Assembly (NCBI RefSeq): GCF_000281045.1
Contig: NW_008246071.1
Span: 927,172-960,207 of the forward strand
Reading direction: 5' to 3'
From: Saprolegnia diclina VS20
Taxonomy: Eukaryota
DNA length: 33,036 nt
Shown piece by piece: positions 10,550-21,269 of the stretch (position 1 is its first letter; the number at the start of each line of letters is the position of its first letter). Position numbers and translations under genes: made by a program. The notes under the pieces were generated by a model. That model was not told the DNA's origin, did no database searches, and worked only from the letters and a program-made list of their open reading frames with translations.

Positions 10550-10803
10550 CTAGCAGCGTCGTGGTGAGCGTCGGCGTCGTCGTCGGTCGCGGGTACCTGC
10601 GCAGCCAAGATGCAGTTTTTTATTCTGTCGCAATAAGCCCACTGGAAGCCCAACCGAAGCCGGACCTCTATTTAATTCCTCGCTCTATTTAAAAACTATC
10701 TTTTTAAAATGCATACAATAGACAAGCTATTCTAAAAACAGGACCGTGGGATTGGCATCCCACTCGATATTTTAATATGCTTTCGCCATCATACTCGGAT
10801 GAG

Positions 10804-10808
10804 CCAAT
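10804..10808 (+). promoter_or_regulatory. CCAAT box in an AT-rich promoter region upstream of NIPA paralog 1
   Basis: GAGCCAATCA lies in the AT-rich stretch 10660-10920, and a reverse GATTGG lies near 10750. Confidence 0.4.
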
Positions 10809-11023
10809 CAAATCGCGCGGTACCGCCTCTCTTATTGCACGAGGTGCATTTTTATCGATTTTTTAAAATTCCGAGCCGGCCACCACCGTATTATTTTAAA
10901 TTGAGCTATAATTGCTAGAGTGTTCCTTGCCTCTGCGCCAAGGTCTCATCTCTTGCACTATGTATAGCGTCCAGTGCACTAAATTCGCACCCGCCGTAAC
11001 AGCGCGTAATGCATGGCGGTTGA

Positions 11024-12834
11024 TCACTCCACGCGCGACGATGCGTCATCAGGAAGACGACGTCGAGAGGCTCTAGTATCATGAGGTTGGTGGCCGTGTT
11101 GATGATGGCTTGCGCGGTGGCTGGTACATGCTTTGTCCGACTGCATCATCATCTTGCGCGGAATGGCGATCCGTGACATTGCACTTTTGTTTTGTACGGG
11201 ACCGAGGTTCAAGGATGGTGGATCGCGCGACATGCCATGAACAGCATCATCATCGCAAGCCTGCGACGACAAGACATATCGCACAAACCGAGCGAAATCG
11301 AAACGGCGACTCAAGTCAAGATCGCGATCTGTTGACGAGTATCTAGGCGTCGACACGCGTTTCAACTGCTCCTAGTACGGAGAGCCTGTCGAGAGAGGGA
11401 CAGAGCAAGGTGGCACCGCGATGGCGACGTAAGCTCTCGGTGTCGTGGCGAGTGCAAACTCTTGGCTCTCGGTGCCCGGCGACGCCATGCCATCCAGTGT
11501 CGTCTACGTGCCGTTTGGATGAAATCGCCTCGAGAGTATATCATATTGGCGCCAAGTGTACATACCTCGCTCAGTCGCATCTCACGTCGCGAGAGGAGAA
11601 TGACGCCGACGACGGTGATGGCGACGCCGAGCGGGAAGCAGATCCACTGGTAGAGTGTAAAGGCTTGGAATTCGTTAAAGTACACGGCGCCACCGAGGAC
11701 CGAGAACGAAATGAAAAAGCACTACCCCACAACATGCTCGTTGTTAGTACACTGTACCTTTGTCGTCGAGCAAGGCGGTACAACGTACGGTGAAGACGGG
11801 CACCATGTAGAGCGCGTCAAAGTTCTTGAGCCCCAGTGCCAACATGTGCGTCTACAAGAATCTCAGCGCAGAAGACAGCACGTACGAGCAACGTACCTGA
11901 ACGCTAATCGTAAGGACCAAGCCCGCGAGGATCACATACGTGAGGACGCGATTGAACTGGTTGCGGCCTTGGAGCGAGAGCTGAATGAGCTCGCCCGAGC
12001 TTTTCGCAAACATGACCGACTGCGCGCCGACAATGCCTAATGCCACATGCGAACGCAAGTCGAGGTGGCAAAAGTACCTGCAAAGCCAGCGTACGAGAGC
12101 GGGTGGAGCTTCTCGAGCGCGCGATACTCGGGCGACGCCTTCCCGCACTTGCGCAGCACTTGCTCGCTGCGCATTCGCACCACGTGGCTACAGAATATCA
12201 ATATATCAGAGCCGTGTCAAGTCGGTGCACCGCAAATACAAAAAGGCGACGAGGCCGAGGATCGCAATGGCGTACACGACCATGCTTCCGCGCGTGGAGA
12301 GCGCAATAAGCTCATCGAGCGAATATTTGGGGCTCTCGTGCGACCCAAAAATGGTGACCGCCGTCGCACCGAGTACGATGAGCCCTGTCCCGGCGAGATC
12401 GGTGCTGCCGAGCGGCTCCTTGAGCCAGTAGTGCGCAAAGCCGAGGTTGGCCACGAGCGTAAAGGCTCCAATGGGCGTGATCACGCTCTACGGCGTGAGC
12501 ACCAACACTCAGATCTCAACTGCTCACGTCATAACCGTACAAGTGTAGGTATGTACCTGCGCTGCAAACGTTAGCGCGGCAAAGTCAGCGATGGACCCGA
12601 GCCCGACGCACGCAAAGCCGAGCCACCAGCGCCACTGCGTGTTGTACGGTCGCCGCTGCGTCTCGGGAAGGCGCTCCTGGTGCAAAAACGAATATTTTTG
12701 AATGTTTAGCCCCTACATGTAGCGTAGAGAGATGAGAGGGACATGCAATGGCTGCAATCTCATCGTACGAGGTTGGAGACGGTGGTCCCGACGAGGCACA
12801 TGCCAATGCCAAGGCCCAAGTTGGTCGAGCTCAT
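11024..12834 (-). CDS. NIPA-family magnesium transporter, paralog 2, multi-exon; 3' end uncertain (11362 or 11024)
   Basis: The spliced reading is MSSTNLGLGIGMCLVGTTVSNL|GLNIQKYSF..YNTQWRWWLG..ADFAALTFAAQ|SVITPIGAFTLVANLGFAHYWLKEPL..|GAQSVMFAKS..|LGLKNFDALYMVPVFT|CFFISFSVLGGAVYFNEF. It shares intron positions with paralog 1. Confidence 0.88.
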
Positions 12835-13141
12835 CGCGCCAGATTCGAAAACTGCAAACTGCACCGAGAAGCACTGCCAGAGTTATGGTCAGATTCGATC
12901 GACCAGCTGCACTGAGATGCCAAAGAAACTTCAACAACGCGACCGGGGGCGCATGAGAAGCGTCACCACTCGTTCATCGCTTGTCGATATCCGTCGCCAT
13001 GACTGCCGCCATGTTCTGCATACTAGTATCAACCATCGCCTCGACGTGTCGTCCAGAGAACCTCGTCCCAGTTGGTCGCGCTAGTTAGTCGAACATCAAG
13101 ATAGTCACAAACGCAGAGCTCTATATTTAGGTTTGGGTGCC

Positions 13142-16100
13142 ATGGCCGAGGACCGGGATGGCGGTGGCATGCAGCACTGCGGGTGTCAGATCGGGCGCCC
13201 GTGTAGCTGCGGGATGCGCCTGCTCCTGGCGCGCGAAGCGAAAGTCGAGCTCAGCGAGGAGTACGACGAGATGGAGCTCGCGCCGGGCGTCGTCATGCGC
13301 CTCAAGAAGGAATACGAGTATGACATCTATATCCATACCTCCCAGATCACGCCAACTCATATAGAAACGTGCCGGGCACGCGGCTCTATCGCCTCCTGCG
13401 CATGTATCGCCTCTCGCTTCTCGACGCGATCGCCGACATGACGGCCATCATCGACCTCGCCTCGACGCACAAGCGGCTCATCGTCGTCGACACGACCGAG
13501 CTCCTGACGCGCAAAGACACGGTTGTCGCCATGTACCCTACAGCTATTACCGCACGCGCTCATTTGAGGCGAGTAGCTCGAGCAATACGTCGATGACGGC
13601 CAAGCAAAAGCGCGATGGGATGCAAGTCGCGTCGCACATGCCGTCGCGGTACGCGGACCTCAACCTCGCGAGCCTACAAAAGCCGCCCGTGCCTCCGTTG
13701 GCAGCGCCCATCTCGATCCACACGCTCGAGCCGCACCTCAAGCGCCTCTTGGAGGTCGCGTCGGCGACGATCGCCAAGACGCGCCTCAACCTCGCGGTAC
13801 ATCTTTGCATGATGATGCCACGCCAAGACGACAGGCCATTATGCGTAGACGTGCAAAGCGTTTGTGCAGACGTACGCATCGACGCGCATTCAGTGCATAG
13901 TCCGCGGGCGGCTCTCGCGTCGCACCCATGTCTATGACATGACCACGTTTTGGGGCTGCGCCGAAATGGCCGCGGCCGTCTGTCTTCAGCTCCTCGTGCG
14001 GCGCCGCCAGGCGGTGGCGCGCGTCCATCGCGTTCGAAGCGCGTGGTGGGCACACCATCGCGGCGTCGCGATTCTGCATCTCCAGCGCATCGCCCGCGGC
14101 TACTTGGCGCGACAGCAGTACGCGCAGGCACTTGCCGACGTGCAAGCGGCACGCGTCGCCACCGCGGCCCTTCGATTGCAGTGCTGGTGGCGATCACTGA
14201 CAGCCAAAGCGTTTGTCGCACAGCGTCGTCGGACCGTGTACGCCGAGTTCGACCACCGCCATCGCCACGTACACGCTCATTTCATGCACTCTAGCGTGAC
14301 ATGGGCGCGTAGGCAAGTGCGACGACGATCCAGCGGTACTACCGCGGCTACGATGGTCGGCGAGTGCTGCGGCGGCTGCGTATCGAGGCGTCGCTGTGCG
14401 AGCCCGTGCGTGCACTCGCGATGCAGTACATGGCGACCGGGGATCTCTGGGCGTTTCTTCGCGCGGTCGACAATGACTATCGGCGCTTCCTGCACGAAAA
14501 GCAAGACGAAGAAGAGAACGCGTCGACGTTTGTGCAAAAGTTTCTCCGCGAAAAGCACCTGCTGGAAGAACAAGCCATTCAAGTACGGCCCAAAGCTCAA
14601 AGCTCAAAGGAAGAGGCAAACGCATGTGATGGGCGTAGGCGTGGCACGTCTCGAGAGCCCTCGAGTCGCCGGTGCTGCAGCGCATCGAGCGCACGGCGTC
14701 AGCCTACACGACAAGCAAGTCACCGTCGCCCGAACGACCCAGCCACCCGTCGTCACCGCAACGGACATCGGCGTCCACGTTCGGCTCGCTCAGTCGGTCG
14801 CCATCGCCCGAGCGCCAAAGTTCGCCACCAAAGCCGGTGGCGCCCGCAGGTATCTTTTCGCCGGAAGCCTCGCCCGATGAAGTCGCTTTGGGTCGTCTCG
14901 CGCCCGAGTCCATCGATCTCCCAGACAAATACTCGCCCAAGCTCCTTCGGCTTGCGATGGCCGAAGGCTACTCGCTACCCGAAGTGATTGCGGGCTTGTA
15001 CGTGCAATGGGAAGGAATGCATGATGCTGATGCGACTGCGACTCGATAGGCGCGGTCTCGAGGCGCAAGGACGGTCGATTCGAAGCATCAAACTGCTTCT
15101 TCGCGAACTTCGGCGACGAACACCGCTCATGCGCAACTCGTTCCGGTCCGAGCGCGTCGTGCGCGCGGCCGAGCCGGTGAAAGACCGCCCTGTGCTCACC
15201 ATGTGGTCGTCCAAGCGCATTCCGCCATCGCCGACGGTGTCATCAACGCCGACGGAGACTGCCTCTCCGTTCGCCACAAAGACCGAGATCCAAACGTACA
15301 TTTTGCACGCACTGCCAAGCGGCATCAAGGAGCCGATCGCGAAATTTCTCTTTGTCGCCGGTCTTCTCCTCTTTGTGCCGCCGACGATCGACGCGAGAGG
15401 CAACATTGCGTCCCAGCACGACCCGTGGACTGCATCGCGCGAGGCCAATGCGCACCTGAGCGCGTACTTGCGCATGCCCCCGGGACTTCTCAAGGTCCAT
15501 GAGTTCATCATCATGGGTTAGATGCCATAGTTGAATGACGTAGGTGCGACGCGAGCAGCTCGTCACCAGTGCTCTGGACGGGACATTTGCGACTTTGAAA
15601 GCCCACGGGCTCGTTCACGCCTGCGATTTGGCACCCTACGACGTGGCGCATCTGGTCGACTGGGCGATCCCAGTAGCGCTGGCAGAAACTATCTTTTGGC
15701 TCTTGCAGACGCTCGTCGAGATGGCGCGCAATGGACGACCGACGACGTTGGTGCATCGGCTCCGCACCGAAACAAAGCGACCGACAACCCAGGACACGGA
15801 GGTCTTTGAAGGCGGCTTCTCGCCGCGGGCTGACACGCCGGCGATCGTATCTCGGGCGCGCCTCGAAGACGAGGTCGGGCTCTTTGCCGACATGAAGGCG
15901 CGTCTGGAAGCGCAAGTGCTCTCGCCCGTCGCCATGTCGCACTCGATCTACGAACTCCTCTTTCAAGCCGTGTTTGTGACGCTGCCGGTCCACGCCGACG
16001 ACCTCGCGACGTACGGCAGCCATCACTTGGATGCGTTCGTGCACATGCTCGTGGCGCCCAAAATGGACGTCCACAGCACCCAGCGACTGCTCAAGAAGCG

Positions 16101-16610
16101 CTGTGAGCGCGCGTCGGCGGTCGCCCGCGACTACAGCAACGTGTTTCGGGACGCAGGGTGCCATACTGTGCGCGATATTGTACACAGATACACCTTCGCC
16201 GACGACAGGCACTTCACGTACTTGTACACGTAGGTCCACCGCCAGCTCAACACGTTCCAACTGCCACTCGGCCTCGACGAGCAAGTGCGCATTCTCGTCG
16301 GGCGGCTTGTGTTTGCCGTACACCTCCATCATCTCCATCACCTCGAATGAGAACCATGGGTGGGTAGAGTCCGACGCCGCAGCGCCGCAGTACACCCGAC
16401 CTCGTGCCGCTGACGCGCCCCATGAGCAGCGCCAGCGTTGACGCACTCTCGCCCCCGTCGCGCGCCAAGTCCATACTGGAGCCTCTCGCGTCGCCGCTCG
16501 TGTCGCGAGGCAAGCGCATGCTACAAGCGATGGATCCAAGTGACATGGATGGCATTACCAACGTCTTGGACGACGATGTCCTGTGGGCGAGCGATCTCAA
16601 GGTCGGGTAG
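13142..16610 (+). CDS. Large multi-exon IQ-motif (calmodulin-binding) protein of unknown function
   Basis: Exons join in frame through GT-AG introns, for example 15495-15543, 16180-16233 and 16318-16367. IQ-like motifs are TRIQCIVRGRLSR, VCLQLLVRRRQA, LHLQRIARGYLAR, LRLQCWWRSLTAK and TTIQRYYRGYDGR. A Ser/Pro-rich linker follows. Confidence 0.75.
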
Positions 16611-18512
16611 CGAGTGCGTCGAGCGCGGCCTCAAAGGCGCCTTCCATGAGCTGGAGCCGAAAGAGGTCGTAACGCGCGGGACCCGACGCCTCGGTTGGCA
16701 ACGCGCCGGCCATCTCCATCGTCACAAACGGCGACGTGGCGTCCTCGTGTGACGCGCCGCAAAGATGCCCATGCGCATGCGGTGCTGGACCAAGCAGCAA
16801 TTGCGCTTCAATGAGGTCCGTGAGACGTCGCCGCTGGCCCTTGACGTGCGTCGCCAGAGCCGTGTTCGAGTGCAAGCCAGAAACGTTGTCCACCTAGCGC
16901 AAGACGACAGCATGCGACTGGAAAAAACAGCCGTGACCCACATACCTTGTCACGAAGCAGTACAAAACGATAGAGACTGAGGGCGCTCGTATACACATCG
17001 CTCCGCTGGACAAACTCGGCATCGGGCAGCGGCGCAAGCAGCCGCGTCAACAACGCGACGAGGGACGGCAGCGTCTCCTCGACGTAATCTACGCTCGCCA
17101 TGTAAGTCATGCTCTCTCAATCTTGGGTGTACGCAGCCAATGGCGGGCGACTTCGGCCCGGACGCGGTCGACGATGACGGCAGTGGCGTTTGGAAACGGA
17201 CAGTGCTCAATGAGCGAACGGAGGACCAGAAACCTAGTTTTTGTCAGAAAATACAAGATACAAGACATGCACGCGACCGTGACGAGACCGTGATCGTCTC
17301 AATGACTTGCTGCCACGTTTGCAGCGTCCGTTGCCGATCCTTGGCGTCGGGCACCATGACCATTGTCGTCAACAAGGCTTGGAGCAGTGCCTGGTAGTGG
17401 TGGCGTCGCTGTTCATCTACAGCTCCAATAATCACACGACCGCGCTGCTACCCATCGTTGCGTACGCTCGGCGTAGGCGTCGAGGCCGACGATCTTGTCT
17501 GTCGACGTCTGGAACTGGTCCGGCGCAATGGCTTCCGACATGGCGGCTTTCGACGACAGCGTGGCAGCCACCATGTGTACGCCAATGACTTTGACCTACT
17601 CGATACCCGGTCAACCAAGAACCCTACATGCATAAAGTACGCTTGGATCGTCGTGCTGCATGAGCACTTGAGCATACGGCGAGATCGTGTCCAAGGCCGC
17701 CTTGGTGAGGGACGAGCACAGACTTGCCCAGGGCGCGTGTTCTCCGAGGCACGTCCAGGCCGCCAGCACGGCGACGCCCATATCTGCGCCAATCAGGTCT
17801 GGACCCAAGTACTTGATGTGGAATGCGTCGGGGATCGCGGCCCACAAGCGGGCTTCAAACACTCTGCGGATCTCGGCCGCGTCGTCGTCGCCATCGTCTT
17901 CCGAGTCTTCTTCGTCGTCCGATGGAGCATCCGCACCAGGCGCCACGAGTGCTCGCCACATCATCACGTACTGCCGCCATGGCTGCATGGCGAAGAGATG
18001 CACCAGAGGAATGACTTCGACGCATGCTTTCACGAGGTTCTCGATGGGTGATGACGGGCCGTTGTCGAGGTAATGCTTTGGCGCGCGTGCAAGGATGCTC
18101 AAGAGAGCGTAGATGACCTTCTTGTGATCCTGGACCTTGATAGATGCGTCCGGGGAAGACGCTAGGGTAGTCGCGATGCGAGCAAGGAACCCGACGACCA
18201 ACGGGTCGAGCGCGATGTGCCCCGACGACTTGCGCATGAGCATGGCAATCGCATCGCCGAGGTAGATCCCTCGCTTCGTCGGTGGCAGACCTTCCAGCAC
18301 TACGCGTCGTCATGAGCGTTCGCCCTCATCAGCATGATCAACCATGTACCTTGGCCGAGAGCATCGATCCATCGTCCGAGCTCGACGACGTTGGCAGTAT
18401 CCTCCGCCCGTAGCATCTCGAGGACCTCCATGAAGACATGCTTGAGCCCTTCCTTCTCCATCTCGACCATGGAGCCGTGGCCGGCGCGGATCTGCTCGAG
18501 GAGCGTGTCCAT
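16597..18512 (-). CDS. Glomulin/ALF4/Ybp-family helical-repeat protein, multi-exon
   Basis: The C-terminal exons EFVQRSDVYTSALSLYRFVLLRDK|VDNVSGL and DLFRLQLMEGAFEAALDAL resemble glomulin as I recall it (..SDRIMASLNLLRYLVIKD..NQTGL..; ..LFTFDLIESVLARVEE). The start MDTLLEQ is preceded by an INR. Confidence 0.65.
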
Positions 18513-18519
18513 CGTGGAG

Positions 18520-18539
18520 GCAAAAATTATCCGAATGAC
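18520..18539 (-). promoter_or_regulatory. INR+FPR-like core promoter of the glomulin-like gene, within a 66-bp divergent spacer
   Basis: The minus strand reads GTCATTCGGATAATTTTTGC just upstream of ATG 18512. Confidence 0.55.
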
Positions 18540-18578
18540 CGGATACGAGGCTAAACGCACGCCGTTTCCACTTGCAGG

Positions 18579-19104
18579 ATGGAAACACTTGCCGCGGAGG
18601 AGACCGCGTGGTCCTGCTCGTCCCGCAGCGAGTGGATGGTGCTGCTACCGACGACGCCCATCTACGTCTACGACGTAGAAGCACCCCCATCAACTTCCAT
18701 GCGGCTCATGGTGCCGGCGTAGATATGGCATGACCTCGTCCAGCGCAAGCCCCTGCGTCACTGGCGCCTCGTCGTCGATAAGTCCGCGTCCGAGGCGCCG
18801 GCGTACATTGTGCTCGGCGACATCCCGATCCAAGCCATGCACGACGGCAAGCGCAACCGCAACGCTGTCATGGACGATCCAGTCCGCATCGCAGTCATCT
18901 GCCACGACGACAATGCGCTCGTGGACCTCGAGCAGTACGTTGCGTTGTCTGCATATATGCCACTAAACCACAGGTCCTAGACTCTCGGCGCTGCGCTGCC
19001 GCCTCGCCGCCATGACGCCGGGCCTCGACGACGTCTTCTTGACCATCACAAACGCAACGTATAGCATCCATTACTATGCCCTGCAAGCGAGCTTGGGCGT
19101 CTAA
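18579..19104 (+). CDS. tRNA-splicing endonuclease subunit Sen15-like protein (3 exons, 143 aa), missed by the ORF track
   Basis: Exons 18579-18674, 18723-18934 and 18981-19104 join in frame (432 nt). The protein reads ..VYDIWHDLVQRKPLRHWRLV..RIAVIC..LVDLEQLSALRCRL..DDVFLTITNATYSIHYYALQASLGV, which fits the Sen15 pattern (vY.DL...k.w; tLAIv..DstivYYkl). Confidence 0.6.
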
Positions 19105-19110
19105 GTGTAT

Positions 19111-21269
19111 CTACAAGTTGGACTTGCCGACGTAAATGACGTTGCGCGAGAGACAGAGCTCGACCATTTCGAGGAGCGCGGCCTCGAGCGCGCGCTTGAA
19201 CGCAGCCGCCGACGTCGTTGCCTCGTTGTTGTAGCACGTGATGCTAAAGTTGATGCGGTCGGGCTGGAGCGCGTAGCAGATGCCATAGCCGTCGTCGTAC
19301 ATGGCCGAGAAGCCGCCCCAGATCGGACTCGCGCCCGCGCCGCCGCTGATGTTGGACGTCGAGATGCGGTACCGCTTCGAGAGCTCGTATGCCTTGTCGG
19401 AAAAGAGCGACGGGCGCGGCGTGATGCCCGACATCTCCGACACGATTTGAAGGCCCATCAAATGGCGGTCCACACCTGCTCGCATGCTTCAGTCCCATCC
19501 TTCGGACACAGCAAGTCTCTCTACCTTGTCCGAGCAGACTGTTCTTGATGACTTCGCCGTGGCGCTGGATCGCGGTCTGGAGGGCGTCCCACTTTTCAGA
19601 GTTCTACATGCACGACATGAGTCTCTCGACACGTCGCAACTCGCAGCGTACGTCAGTGGACGTGCACATGGTCTTGCAAAACGCGAGCGACTCGTTCGTG
19701 AGCGACCGGACCGTCTCGGTGCGTCCGTGGTAGAAGAGGCGCGTGTGCGCCGTCTCGTACACGGCCGGAAGGAACTTGAACGTCTTGTAGTAGGCAAGCT
19801 GGATCGCTTGCTGCACGAAAAAGTCGGGTGAGAGCTTGTAGCGCTTCAGAAAGGCGTGGCCATAGTGCTGGAAGAGCATCGTCGAGATGTCGCTTGCCTA
19901 CAGCGGACCAAATGACATTGTGTGAGAGTCGAGCCAATGTACCTGGATGAGCTTGCTCACGGCCGCGGACGCGCATTCGATCGCCGTCATCGCATTGTTG
20001 TCGATCTTCCAGTGCAAGCGGCGCGGCTTGTGCGTCGGCGGTGCAATCTTGGAGTGCTCGAGGAACTTGGTCTTGAAGTTTTCGTTGACATACTTGATGC
20101 AGTAGTCAAACACACGGACGACGACGAGCGCGTCCGCCCACGCGTGCTGCCCGTTGATGCCCGTGCGGCCGTTCTCGTGCACGACGAGGTTCACGGGCTT
20201 GTCGTACCAGCGGTTGCGGCCGTCGCCGAGGAGGCAGTTGCGCGCAATCTACACCATATTAGCGCAATGACACACGAGTAGTTGGATGCGTACGTCTTCG
20301 CTCGTGGCCGGCGACGATTCATCGAGCGCAATGACCAAGATGGCCTTCTCGATGATCTCAAACGACGCTTGGTTGCACGGATCGAGCTCCACCAAGTAGG
20401 TGCGAGCCTAGTCGAGGCGATGAAAACTCCTCTTCGTGGACGACGTCGCGTCCATACCTTGGCCCAGTTGGTGCGGTTCTCGGACGTCAACACGCTCACC
20501 GGCGGGTAGCGCTCGAGGTCAAAGAGACCCGTGGCTTCGGCGCGAATGGCTTCGAATTGGCTACAAAGCAATAGGGTTCAGCGGACTTGCATGCAAGAGA
20601 GCGTGTACGTACTTGACGAGCTCGGCCAGCGGCAGCGTATCGCCCTTGTCGTCCATGACGTCCATGGCCCAGATGCAGTTGTTGCGGAGGACCACAATGT
20701 GCTTCTGCGTGTGGTCGTACACGCGGATCTCGTCGCAGTCTTCGTCGGGAATCACGCACGAGTTGAAGAGGCGCGTGTACTGGTGCATGCACAACTTCTT
20801 GCCCATCATTTTTTCGGCCGGAATCTTCTCCCTAAGCGAGCATGAGCCTCCGCGTATAGCATCGTTAAAATACTTACGCGAGGATGTCCTTGCGGTACTT
20901 CATGAGTGCGACCGTGAAGATCGCGGCCGACTCGCACTGGCTCATATCGCGCGGGCCCCAGTTGCCGGGCAGCACACCGTACCAGTTGATGTTGATCGCG
21001 GACGGGTACCGCGGCTGCATGTAGGCAAACGTCTCCCACCACTCTTCGAGCCAATTCTTCTCCGAGGCCGCGCGCTCTTCCAGGAGCGCATGGAGGCTCG
21101 GGCCGACGCCATGGAGGAAGTCGTGGCACACGGCCTTCGTGTGCTCGAGCTCGGCGGGCGTGAGCAGCGGCTCGCAGCTCTTGACGTAGGCCTCGAGGGT
21201 CTGCTCGAGGGCGGGCAGCGGCAGTGGCGGCAGCGCGTCCTGGTGGCCGTACGTCGTCTCTGTGGTCAT
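19111..21269 (-). CDS. Carnitine/choline O-acyltransferase family protein, multi-exon
   Basis: Motifs include LPPLPLPALEQTL..Y, NWLEEWW, LCMHQYTRLF, NRWYDKP, catalytic HxxxD (GQHAWADA), SPDFFVQQAIQLAY, YETAHTRLFYHGRTETVRS, G.GVDRHL, ISTSN and DGYGICY. Confidence 0.95.

Noticed and set aside
15511..16539. 342-aa minus-strand ORF
   Set aside because: It is an antisense shadow of the IQ gene exons.
9354..21269. Apparent frameshifts and premature stops in the NIPA, IQ, glomulin-like and acyltransferase genes (recoding or pseudogenes)
   Set aside because: The breaks I examined are explained by short GT-AG introns. There is no need to invoke readthrough, selenocysteine or an alternative genetic code.
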